Positions 55,207 through 64,000 of a DNA stretch of 64,000 nucleotides are shown here, piece by piece. The stretch is from Perkinsela sp. CCAP 1560/9 (lineage: Eukaryota > Protista > Euglenozoa: Kinetoplastea). The DNA lies in assembly GCA_965644495.1 (NCBI GenBank), contig CBFFSA010000001.1:2852001-2916000 (forward strand). The letters run 5' to 3'. The position numbers and the translations under genes are program-made. Positions within the stretch are counted from its first letter, which is position 1; each line of letters begins with the position of its first letter. A model generated the notes under the pieces. The model had not been told where the DNA came from. It was given only the letters and a program-made list of their open reading frames with translations, and did not search any database.

Positions 55207-56604
55207 CTATGACACGTGAAAAGATGTTTCAATTTCTTCGAGAGTTCTTCCCTTGGTCTCTGGAACAAAAAACCAGACGAATGCTATGGCAAGAAGAACG
55301 AAAACGTTTATTACCACGAATGTCCAGGACAGCCCACACACACCCAGGAGAACAGGAAAAAGTTGAGAAACAATTGTGTTAGTTATCCAATTTGCCGTGG
55401 TGCTTAAGGCCATCCCCCCGCCCCTGTATTGCTGCGGAAAAATTTCAGATGTCACCACCCATGGAACAGGCCCCATACCAGGTGCAAAGCTCATTAGGTA
55501 AAATAAAAGACAGCCGAGATACACATATGCACGAACCCGAATTGCGAGTGTGGCGATTGGAACCCAAGATATGGCTACCATGACTGCAATACTTACAAAA
55601 CATCCAGTAAGAGATATGAGACAGGTGAATACACGCCCATAATGGTCAATCGTATGCACCCCAACGTAAGTAAAAAGAGCATTGGTAAAGGCAAGTGGTA
55701 TGCTTAGTGCCACTGGGGCCACCTCTCCCGAGAAACCGGCATCCCGAAGAATGGTTGCGGAATAGTACATCAGAGTGTTTATTCCGCTCAATTGTTGTAA
55801 GGCCTGAATTCCACATCCGATTAACACACGTTTGCGCAGCTCCTTATGAAAAACTAGTTTGCGTAGAAAGGACGTTGAGCTGTTGGGTTGTATTCCGGAT
55901 TCATGCGACACTGCGTTGGTATCTACATGGGACGACAATGTATTCCCTTCCTGAGAGACTACGATCGACTGATTGTTCGTTAGTACATCGGGTAGCATCT
56001 CACTTTGTCTTTTCCTGTGATCCAACCAACGATCTGACTCGGGCAGAAACCATGGAGAGAGGATCAGCTGTGTAACTGCCGGAACCGCACCTACTGAGAA
56101 CATGAGCCGCCAACCCATATTCACACTGCCCCATTTCACAAAGAGTAACGCAACTACGCAAGCAATAAATTGACCCCCGGTGAGCATCATCACATTTAAC
56201 GTGACAAGTCGTCCCCGGCGACCCGGTGGGGATATCTCAGAAAGGTAGACAGGGGTGACCACCGAGACCAGACCCACCCCGAGGCCTAAAACGAAGCGAC
56301 CGCAGTATACCACAGGGAGAGCCCAGGCCACGGCGGAGAGAGGGCTACCCAGGAGAAACAGTCCCACAGCAAGCAAGATGGAACGCCGTCGACCATACCT
56401 GTCACTACAGTGCCCCGCAAATACAGACCCGACCAGCGCACCCAGGACACCGATACTCACGATGAACCCTGTGGTCCAGGAATCGAGGGGGAAACTAAAA
56501 TGCTGGCTGAGCTGTAGCATGGCCCCGTTGACAATAGCCGTGTGATACCCAAACAGAAGGCCACCCAAGGATGCGCAAAACACGTTTAAGTTACTGTACG
56601 CCAT
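55207..56604 (-). CDS. MFS sugar porter (myo-inositol/H+ symporter-like)
   Basis: LGGLLFGYHT, SDRYGRR, PVYLSEISP..RGRLV, LPESDRWL, LQQLSGINTLMYYS, GMGPVPWVVTSEIFP, VPETKGRTLEEI. ATG at 56604. Confidence 0.93.
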   Translation of the reverse strand: MAYSNLNVFCASLGGLLFGYHTAIVNGAMLQLSQHFSFPLDSWTTGFIVSIGVLGALVGSVFAGHCSDRYGRRRSILLAVGLFLLGSPLSAVAWALPVVYCGRFVLGLGVGLVSVVTPVYLSEISPPGRRGRLVTLNVMMLTGGQFIACVVALLFVKWGSVNMGWRLMFSVGAVPAVTQLILSPWFLPESDRWLDHRKRQSEMLPDVLTNNQSIVVSQEGNTLSSHVDTNAVSHESGIQPNSSTSFLRKLVFHKELRKRVLIGCGIQALQQLSGINTLMYYSATILRDAGFSGEVAPVALSIPLAFTNALFTYVGVHTIDHYGRVFTCLISLTGCFVSIAVMVAISWVPIATLAIRVRAYVYLGCLLFYLMSFAPGMGPVPWVVTSEIFPQQYRGGGMALSTTANWITNTIVSQLFPVLLGVCGLSWTFVVINVFVLLAIAFVWFFVPETKGRTLEEIETSFHVS

Positions 56605-56757
56605 GTGACAAGAATTTGTATTGAATGACAGATCTAGAAAAGGAGAACAGGTAAATGGTTTTAATAATTCCCAAAAGATAATCATACGAAGCCTAAAACT
56701 ATAAGCGGACGGCGTCGTAAAATTTTTATTTTACTTATATTTTTTTCATTCCAACTG

Positions 56758-57993
56758 CTACTCATTCTTTGATCGCGCACGCTTCCTTTGCGAAGGGATC
56801 GAAACCAGATTCTTTCGACGAAACAGACACATGACGCAATTCTTCCGAAACACATCATTTGCCATGTTGTTATTTTGTAGAATAAATGTGGAGGCAAAAG
56901 AATTCAGTTGGGGTCCGTCGACAACCTCCCATCCCCATTGCTCGCGTAACAGCTTTATTTCCGCGGACATCTCTTCCAAAGTCCCGCAGGTGGTGAGCAG
57001 ATAAGACAGCCTCGGATTCTGTTCCAGTGCCGTTAAGGAATCAGTCCAGTCATAAAGTCCCGTGGTGAGACCCATGGAAGGGGCAAATGCGAATGTTGGA
57101 AATTTCCAGGTTTCCTCCACTTCACTAAGAGTTGTGTGGTATAGACCTCGATAATAGTGAAGAGAACCATATACGTGTTGACGGTCAAGTGATTTCGGGA
57201 CATGCGGTCCTACAAAGACTAAGTGGGTTGGGGATACAAAATCAGAGTAGGGTAGGAGGCTGTACCACAGAGAAGGAAATTCACACTCCCCTCGAGCAGC
57301 TCCAATAATGTGCACGCAAGCACCTTTTTTTGATTGTAGTGTACTCCAGTACTTCCACAGCGTGAGCGGGTACGTAAGGTAATCGGTTAGTTGTCGTCCC
57401 ATCGGAGTTCCATGCACGAAATGAAGGCATTGCCAAATCGAACACTGTACGGGATCCACCACGTGGTCATGTATCACCTCTTCCAATGCCACGTCCTCTA
57501 ATTCTTCAATGGGTCGTACAGGAAGCGTGCAGCGACCCATCTTTCGAATAAAATCCAGAATCTCAGAACGAGCCACGGGGTTCTCCATGTCTTGATGCAC
57601 CACCTGCAAGGCCTCGCACACGACATTGTGGAAGCCTCTGTCCGCACACTGACAAGAAGAGGAACAGTACACAATGGAATGACAACGTTTGCAGCGAAAC
57701 CGTTCCTGGGGTTGACCCGCGCATACAGCACAACAGGAAATCCCTAAAGCGATCGAATCCGGCGGCGCAGTATCAATTCGTGTCATGGCTTTCGAGTGAA
57801 CCATTGCCCCACAGGCTTGTAGCTTGGGAAACTCGGAAACCAGAACGTTATCTTCTAAGGCAATGTCGGAGGCAGGGAGAGGAGTCGGCAACGAGGCTCG
57901 AGAAGAGTTATGGAGCGGATCCGATTTGGGGTGATAGGATTCTGTGCTCGGGCGTGTTTGCAGTGAAGGTCGGCGGAAAATGATTTGCGGCAT
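56758..57993 (-). CDS. zf-MYND + MSS51-like domain protein
   Basis: CAVC..RCKRCHSIVYCSSSCQCAD..H..C; LTYPLT, VHIIGA..E, LVFVGP, YRGLYH, W..SL. ATG at 57993. Confidence 0.8.
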   Translation of the reverse strand: MPQIIFRRPSLQTRPSTESYHPKSDPLHNSSRASLPTPLPASDIALEDNVLVSEFPKLQACGAMVHSKAMTRIDTAPPDSIALGISCCAVCAGQPQERFRCKRCHSIVYCSSSCQCADRGFHNVVCEALQVVHQDMENPVARSEILDFIRKMGRCTLPVRPIEELEDVALEEVIHDHVVDPVQCSIWQCLHFVHGTPMGRQLTDYLTYPLTLWKYWSTLQSKKGACVHIIGAARGECEFPSLWYSLLPYSDFVSPTHLVFVGPHVPKSLDRQHVYGSLHYYRGLYHTTLSEVEETWKFPTFAFAPSMGLTTGLYDWTDSLTALEQNPRLSYLLTTCGTLEEMSAEIKLLREQWGWEVVDGPQLNSFASTFILQNNNMANDVFRKNCVMCLFRRKNLVSIPSQRKRARSKNE

Positions 57994-58225
57994 TGGAGGA
58001 TACGTAACTTCTTTTACATGAAAGTATAAATTTTGAAGAAAGCTAATGTTTTGATAAAAGGTTGCAAACAAGTTATTTATGAAAACTTACACTTAAGAGT
58101 TGTACTGATATATGCCTAAAATTGGTCACCAAACGTGAAATCGTCAAATAGTATTACCGGCCATCCACAGTTGGTTCTTGTTAGTGAAAAACAAGGTCAA
58201 AGTTGACGGCATAGAATGCGATCTC

Positions 58226-59002
58226 CTAATCAACTGTCATATCCCCCTTGGGCGAACCTTCCTCAATAACCTGGTCTTTCTTTTCAGTTTCCCTCAACTC
58301 CTTTAAAATTTCCTCCACAAGCTCCTTTGGAACGTCGCAAAAGGTCTGTTTCGACTCCTCACAAACCCACCCCAACTCAAACGCATACAGCTTGTCCTTC
58401 TCATCATGCACGTTGTGCAGAATCCGTACCAATGCCTTCAACGCCTCACGGCATTTGAGGGTTCCAAATGACAGCTTTTCCAGCTCCGCCTTTGCTGCGG
58501 TCTTCCCCTTCCCCACCGCACATGCGTGGTACCCGTACGTCCCCCCGCTGGGGTCAATTAAAAACAGCTGCGGGCCGTCATCCCCATACGACCCCAGCAG
58601 CGTCGCACACCCCAGCGGGCGGTAGGCGCCAAACACGGTGTACATTTGCATAAACGCCCCAAGTTTCTCACGCAGCACAGTTCCTGAAATCGGGCACGCG
58701 TTGACCTCACGGTAGGCTCGGGCCTCCTCGCGGCCTCGGGTCATCAGGTGGCGCCCATCGGGCTGGTACCCCGCCACGCAAACCCCACACTGCTTGTCGA
58801 GGGGATAGACCCGACGTAGGGCGGAGGGGTCCGCGAGTTTCGTCGGGAGCGCCTTCTCTACCCCCAGGAGTACCCCGTCGAGGCATTGGATGCCGATGGC
58901 CGTCCCGGAGAGGTCAACCGCTTTCGCGGCGTACTCCACTTGGAAGACCCGACCCTCGGGGGAGTAGGTGTCGACGCTGAGGTCGTACCCGGAACCGGAC
59001 AT
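58226..59002 (-). CDS. PSMA3: 20S proteasome subunit alpha7 (alpha type-3)
   Basis: GSGYDLSVDTYSPEGRVFQVEYAAKAV, AVGKGKTAAKAELEKL, VHDEKDKLYAFELGWV. Confidence 0.96.
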   Translation of the reverse strand: MSGSGYDLSVDTYSPEGRVFQVEYAAKAVDLSGTAIGIQCLDGVLLGVEKALPTKLADPSALRRVYPLDKQCGVCVAGYQPDGRHLMTRGREEARAYREVNACPISGTVLREKLGAFMQMYTVFGAYRPLGCATLLGSYGDDGPQLFLIDPSGGTYGYHACAVGKGKTAAKAELEKLSFGTLKCREALKALVRILHNVHDEKDKLYAFELGWVCEESKQTFCDVPKELVEEILKELRETEKKDQVIEEGSPKGDMTVD

Positions 59003-59185
59003 GGAGGAAGGAGATGGGGAGAGAGGGAGAAGAGATACGGAAAAAGGGTGGCTAAGGAAAAGGTTCGTTCGTGGGGTAAGGATTAAATCCTGCCTTTATA
59101 CATTGTCTTAGTAAAAATACGCATTTCTCCCTAATTTCCGCCGATTTCGTACATCCGAACGCCTCCACTTACACAATTATACACA

Positions 59186-59758
59186 TCACCTCCCCGCATT
59201 CGAGCCCTGCCCCTTCTTCGTCTCCGCCTCCTTCGTTTTCTCCCCCTTTTCCTCCGACAAACCCGCCGGGCTGGGCCCCGGATGGCGATGCTCCACGGTC
59301 ACAATACTCGAAAAAACCACCGCATTCGGGACATACACCCGCTCCCCTTTATCGTTTAACAGCGTCAGGTGGCGTATGTCCCACCCACACACCACCCCCT
59401 CCACGGCCGCGGCCCCGGTGCCGAGTTTTAGCCTCTGGCCGTGACCGAACGCCCGGTTGCGGTTGAACGCGAGCATGAGACCGGCCATGAAGTTGGCCCC
59501 AATGTCTTTGGCCGCGAACCCCAGGGAGGCGCCCCCGATCCCGAGCCCCGTGAGCAGCGGGCTGGTGTCCACCCCCGCGGTGCCGAGCACCACGAAGACC
59601 AGCATGCTCCACGTCGCGGTCGCGGAGGCCCGGGAGACGAGATCGCGCACGGAGACGTCGGGGACGAGTCCGGTGCGACGGAGGAGGAGGTTGTAGAAGG
59701 CGGTGAACCCGGGGAGGCGGGGGAGGGAGGAGGGGAGGAAACCGCGACCGGGGATCAT
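59186..59758 (-). CDS. small-conductance mechanosensitive channel (MscS-like)
   Basis: LGTAGVDTSPLLTGLGIGGASLGFAAKDIGANFMAGLML..F..G......VEGVV......T.L......VYVPN. Confidence 0.9.
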   Translation of the reverse strand: MIPGRGFLPSSLPRLPGFTAFYNLLLRRTGLVPDVSVRDLVSRASATATWSMLVFVVLGTAGVDTSPLLTGLGIGGASLGFAAKDIGANFMAGLMLAFNRNRAFGHGQRLKLGTGAAAVEGVVCGWDIRHLTLLNDKGERVYVPNAVVFSSIVTVEHRHPGPSPAGLSEEKGEKTKEAETKKGQGSNAGR

Positions 59759-59838
59759 GTCATGAAGGGGGGGAGAGGAAAAAAGAAGAAGGGAGGGATA
59801 AGGGGATGGGGGAGAACGTGTACATAACGTATAATGTA

Positions 59839-60217
59839 CAGGGGGGATTAGCTAATGCTCGGGGGCCTAAAATTTGTAAAACTTGGCCAATTTTGGAAAA
59901 TAATAGCACATTCGAGAGCTAAACATCGACAGCAAGCTTTTAGGAAATTCTGATGATTTTTTCTCCGAAATGTAAAGACTTTACATTAAAATCAAACCTG
60001 GTACTCACAGTGCCCCCCGTTCCTCTCTATCACGATATTTCTGTGCCCTATGGTGAGAGAAGGTACTCTTCTTTGAGGCATGAATTATGAAAACAGAAGA
60101 AACCCCAAAAATACCCCAAAAATTGCAAAAAAGCGAGCTCTCGAATGCGCGATTATTTTCCAAAATTGGCCAAGTTTTACAAATTTTAGACCCCCCAGCA
60201 CTAGCTGATCGCCCCTG
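59839..60217. mobile_element. TA-flanked MITE with ~80-bp TIRs (CAGGGG termini)
   Basis: TA|CAGGGGGGATTAGCTAATGCT..AAAATTTGTAAAACTTGGCCAATTTTGGAAAATAAT versus ATTATTTTCCAAAATTGGCCAAGTTTTACAAATTTT..AGCACTAGCTGATCGCCCCTG|TA. Confidence 0.85.
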
Positions 60218-60408
60218 TATGAGGTGTTGGTGATAAAAAAAGACAAGAAGAAAAAGACAACTTGAATGGCGTGTGACGATAAGCGGGTGGTAAGAAAATG
60301 TGCTGACCCGTGTGGTTCTATGCAAACGGTGTAAAGAGTAAAGGCCGGGGAAAAGGAAGTCGTAGTGTTCAGTGACAGTTTTCAGGACATGAAAACATGC
60401 AGAATGTC

Positions 60409-61233
60409 CTACTCAGTTTGGATATCACCTGGGGCGATCTGAGGTTGGAAGGTGGGATCAATATAGTATGAATCTGGGGGAGGTTCTCGTACGACTCGGA
60501 TCTCGCCTTTTTGTGGCAAAGCAGTAGCCCATGTAGATTCAGCTTCGACGATTTTGGATGACTCGTTGATTTTTATGTGAGAAATATCCGTTCGAAGAAG
60601 CGGTATACTCCAGACTCTATTTTTCTTTTGAAAAGTATCATGTGTATGTCCAACAGATCTAGCTAAGTGAGTATTGTTGTCCTTTTTAGCTTCATGCAAA
60701 TTCACCAAAGGAGGAAACGTTTTGTCCGGCCATTTTACGTGGCGAGTCGAGGCGAATGTGCTGGGACGCTTGAGACATGACTTGCGATCTGGAAAATTTT
60801 CATCTTTAGACGATTGCCCTGCCAATTTACCTCTATAATCCGAACTCATGTTCAGTTCCAAGCGGGGAGACGACCATTTTCTGCGTAATTCGTCGTAAAT
60901 ATCTTGCGTTTCCGTGTCACACAGACTCTTGAACGCATCATGTGTCTCAATTAATACGTGTCGAGCTTTCTGGCCTTCTGAACTGTGCCAAAAGGATGGA
61001 TGAATCATCGACGATGTACGTAAAATCATCATCAGAATATCAATCTGTTCGCCGGACAAAAATCTGTGGCTTGGGTTATAGGGCAATGACTCCAATCGTT
61101 GAAGTAAGGTAAACAGAAACGAGGTTTGTGTAGCAGATGAAGACGATGCAATTGATTCGTACTTTTCTTCAGTTTCACAATGTTGAATTGACACGGGGAA
61201 TGTATCGCGAAATACCTTAGCGTCTTCATCCAT
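60409..61233 (-). CDS. hypothetical protein with PP1-docking motifs (PNUTS-like candidate)
   Basis: KSCLKR (SILK-like) followed by RHVKWPD (RVxW-type); helical N-terminus LLQRLESLP...LRRKWS. Confidence 0.55.
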   Translation of the reverse strand: MDEDAKVFRDTFPVSIQHCETEEKYESIASSSSATQTSFLFTLLQRLESLPYNPSHRFLSGEQIDILMMILRTSSMIHPSFWHSSEGQKARHVLIETHDAFKSLCDTETQDIYDELRRKWSSPRLELNMSSDYRGKLAGQSSKDENFPDRKSCLKRPSTFASTRHVKWPDKTFPPLVNLHEAKKDNNTHLARSVGHTHDTFQKKNRVWSIPLLRTDISHIKINESSKIVEAESTWATALPQKGEIRVVREPPPDSYYIDPTFQPQIAPGDIQTE

Positions 61234-61485
61234 TCTATTACTGAAATAATGGATAGCGTAACATCATGCCTGTAACTCCCTCAAACGTCGCTTTTTCGAA
61301 TACGCAGTATGAACACCTAGGTAGAAACTAGCATATTTAGTAAAACATGTAGTAGAATTCACAAAAAAAGAAGGGAACGTGTATTCAAGATTACTTCAAT
61401 GGATTTAGAATATTTTCCTGGAAAAGAAGAACATATAAAAGCAACACTTGAAGAGAGGTATTCGGCATAGTTTCATACCAAATAT

Positions 61486-62604
61486 TTATCTCGGAACAAA
61501 GTAATAAGTCCCTCGCTGAATGCACATATTTTGATAAAATTCGGCTTTGAATGTCAGGCAAGGTGTCTGCGGGGGCAAGAAAGGTTGGCCAATTTCAGAA
61601 TCCCACGGAGGCACAGGATAGTGTTGATCATATACGTGGAGATGTGAAAATAATACTTTGAAAGTATCCTTCTCTTGAAATCGAGCTAGCGAAACACTGC
61701 TTCTTGATAATAGATTACCAAATTGGGTGGCATGAGCTGGCGCCTTGTACTCGGAGTGTGGAGACCGGCTCCGATAGTGCAAACATGACTCTACATCTGA
61801 GGCGACAAAGCAGAGAGGTGTCGGGAACGGTGTATTCACTATGTTAATAGCATTTTCATATTCATTACATTTCGGGGCTTGTTGCACCAAATGATAAACT
61901 TGTGGAAGAGACTCTGCGATATGTGTCGCTAGTTCTTGGATAAATTCGGTGAATACAGTCTGTGTCAGACTGTATTCTGCCTCATGATCAAGTTGTGCAT
62001 AGCAAAATAGTTTACCGCTTTTCGCATCAATCTCGATAGGTGAGCACATCAACAACCCGAAACGGTTGTCCAGCCTTTTCTGAGCAGCTTCTATTCTGTC
62101 GTCTACTTCTCGGTGTGGCAAAATGTATTTCTCCCAATCGGAGTTTCTGGGTCGGTCCGTTCCTGCACGTGGACCACTGATCAGAGACGTGCACAATGCT
62201 GTGTAGTTTCCATCCCAGAGTGTCACGGAGACATCAGGGGCTTGTCGGTGTGAGGCTCCCACGAATTCCACATTTGCGATCGTAGGACGAATGCCTTGAA
62301 TGAGAGGTTCGGTGTAAACAGTTGTGCGCGTTAAATTGTAAGGCACATTTCGAAATTGGTGTCTTCCTCCATGGGGAGAATATTGTGGATCGAGCAGTGC
62401 ATCCTCAGCGGCAGCTATCACGAGCTCTCGGTAGGATTCCCAAACGTACGCGTGGTTCAAGCCTTGTAACATAAAAGGAAATGCTTCGTAATTGGGGTGG
62501 AGGTGAAAGTTTCTACCTGGCCCATGCAGGGTAAGGTATTTCTGCGCGTGGGCAATGGCTTGGGCAGCAGTGCTTCGGTTGAGACTGGTGAGCTGCGCCA
62601 ACAT
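61486..62604 (-). CDS. hypothetical protein, possibly mitochondrial
   Basis: Long ORF on the coding strand, ATG at 62604 (MLAQLTSLNRST, presequence-like); family not recognised. Confidence 0.65.
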   Translation of the reverse strand: MLAQLTSLNRSTAAQAIAHAQKYLTLHGPGRNFHLHPNYEAFPFMLQGLNHAYVWESYRELVIAAAEDALLDPQYSPHGGRHQFRNVPYNLTRTTVYTEPLIQGIRPTIANVEFVGASHRQAPDVSVTLWDGNYTALCTSLISGPRAGTDRPRNSDWEKYILPHREVDDRIEAAQKRLDNRFGLLMCSPIEIDAKSGKLFCYAQLDHEAEYSLTQTVFTEFIQELATHIAESLPQVYHLVQQAPKCNEYENAINIVNTPFPTPLCFVASDVESCLHYRSRSPHSEYKAPAHATQFGNLLSRSSVSLARFQEKDTFKVLFSHLHVYDQHYPVPPWDSEIGQPFLPPQTPCLTFKAEFYQNMCIQRGTYYFVPR

Positions 62605-62649
62605 GAAAAGTGCATTCAAGATAGTAAAACAGGATTAATCTCGTTTGAG

Positions 62650-62865
62650 TTATGAAAATACAAGCTTTACAAAATCTTGTACACCTCTCATAGCTTCCTC
62701 AAACGTCCACACCATGAGTGGTATTTCAGTGCTAAAAACATTATCGGGCAAACATTCACTGATTTTTAAAGGTAAAACAATGGCAATGGTAAACAATGGC
62801 AAGCGCAAGCTTAAATAGTTCCAACAATGTGTGAGACACAACCAAAAGAAGAAGGCATCCAGCAT
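62650..62865 (-). CDS. possible small hydrophobic protein
   Basis: 71-aa ATG-initiated ORF that fills the gap between two genes on the coding strand. Confidence 0.3.
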   Translation of the reverse strand: MLDAFFFWLCLTHCWNYLSLRLPLFTIAIVLPLKISECLPDNVFSTEIPLMVWTFEEAMRGVQDFVKLVFS

Positions 62866-62946
62866 GTATCAGTATTTCAGTAATCTACATTTTCATTCAA
62901 AGTGGTTAGGCATGACAGTGAACTACACGGAGGTTGAGGAATCACT

Positions 62947-64000
62947 TTAGTCCTTGGCATCAGAAATACCTTGTTCGCTTATGCAAAATGCGCACTCAAG
63001 CTCCGGCAAAGAAGGACTGTCATAAATTTTACAAATCCGTTGCTCACCTCGCCCTTTTCGGAGACTTAACCGTGTAGTTGAAGCATGAGCGACCACATGT
63101 CCACCCACGGGCTTCTTAGGATCTGCCACGAACATGGAACCTCCCCCGGGGTCGCTAACCACTTGGTTCGTAATATAAACCGCGACGTTAAATTCCTCTG
63201 CCATCTTAATAAGGCTGCTTAACATCTTTCCCAGTTTCTGTTGACGTTCCGCTAACTCTCCACGTCCACTAAAATCAACCCGAAACAGCGCCGTAATACT
63301 ATCCACCACCAACAAGGCAAACTGCTCCTCACACAGCTTCGCCGCGACCAAAGAGAGAAGCTGATATTGGTGCTCATGGGTAAACGCTCGCGCCACAATA
63401 ATATTATCCATTGTAGCATCCGGATCCAACCCGTACCGTTGCGCAATCGGACGAATCCGTTCCGGACGAAATGTGGACTCGGTGTCGATATAGGCCACTT
63501 TTCCATTCCCCCCTCCCATCGCTTTCGGCAGCTGGCAGGTCACACACAACGTGTGCGCGATCTGCGTCTTCCCGGTACGAAACTCTCCAAAGGCTTCGGT
63601 AATACTCATGGATTCGACCCCACCCCCGAGGAGCGTGTCTAACGCTTGAGAGCCTGTGGTAATTCGCGTAATCCGTCGTCGTTTTTGCAGACTCTCGGTT
63701 GCGGTAATAAACCCCGTATGGGCAAGTTTCCGGGCAGTGTCAATAATTTTATCCACCTTGGCCTCCGAGAGACCTTTGATGGCTACCAGATCCTTACGAC
63801 ACTGCATCAGGACCCCCTCGACGGTGTGGACATGCGCGGTACGGAGTTTGTTGACATCCACGGCGGGAATGCCCATCTCGGTGAGTTTGTCGAGCTCTTG
63901 GAAAGTGGGGCTGTGCTCATGTATGGTAGAGAACGCAGCTCCGGTTGCGTCAGTGTGATCGGCGGTCGCGCTCGTTTCGGTTTCACAGGATGCCGCTGCC
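62947..64000 (-). CDS. DMC1: meiotic recombinase DMC1, 5' end beyond window
   Basis: [58 protein letters not shown]; frame stays open upstream of 63876 to the window edge (..[12 protein letters not shown]). Confidence 0.93.
   Translation of the reverse strand, partial: AAASCETETSATADHTDATGAAFSTIHEHSPTFQELDKLTEMGIPAVDVNKLRTAHVHTVEGVLMQCRKDLVAIKGLSEAKVDKIIDTARKLAHTGFITATESLQKRRRITRITTGSQALDTLLGGGVESMSITEAFGEFRTGKTQIAHTLCVTCQLPKAMGGGNGKVAYIDTESTFRPERIRPIAQRYGLDPDATMDNIIVARAFTHEHQYQLLSLVAAKLCEEQFALLVVDSITALFRVDFSGRGELAERQQKLGKMLSSLIKMAEEFNVAVYITNQVVSDPGGGSMFVADPKKPVGGHVVAHASTTRLSLRKGRGEQRICKIYDSPSLPELECAFCISEQGISDAKD

Noticed and set aside
62947-63876. RAD51 call and start at 63876
   Set aside because: [25 protein letters not shown] and EEFNVAV are DMC1-type; the frame is open further upstream.

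Overview
Eukaryotic, intron-less, gene-dense DNA. All ~28 credible protein genes lie on the - strand across 64 kb, which is a kinetoplastid-type polycistronic cluster. Compact, divergent genes suggest a Perkinsela-like prokinetoplastid, but this is inference only. Recognisable genes: RPL5 (truncated), Alba, a degenerate mitochondrial Pol I-like protein, Vms1/ANKZF1, a frameshifted Pth-like gene, Ctf4/AND-1, DnaJ, a glutaredoxin-like protein, GTDC1/QTMAN, a PPR-TrmB fusion, PIF1, a degenerate Nug1/GNL3, IMPACT, STT3, a CCHC knuckle, RMD1/DUF155, an acid phosphatase, an MFS sugar/inositol transporter, MYND-MSS51, proteasome alpha7, MscS, a PNUTS-like protein and DMC1 (truncated). The larger intergenic gaps are filled with DNA-transposon material: a hAT-like element and a related element with CATAC termini and 6-bp TSDs, many TA-flanked nested MITEs (one carrying a tRNA-Met-like Pol III cassette) and a Tc1-like transposase relic. 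A 3 x 1747-bp tandem amplification carries a decayed CRE-clade retrotransposon and has chimeric junctions. The most unusual signal is a set of gene-centred GC-rich islands in which strand composition flips from C-rich to G-rich mid-gene, visible even at synonymous positions. All calls were made by eye from motifs; no searches were run.
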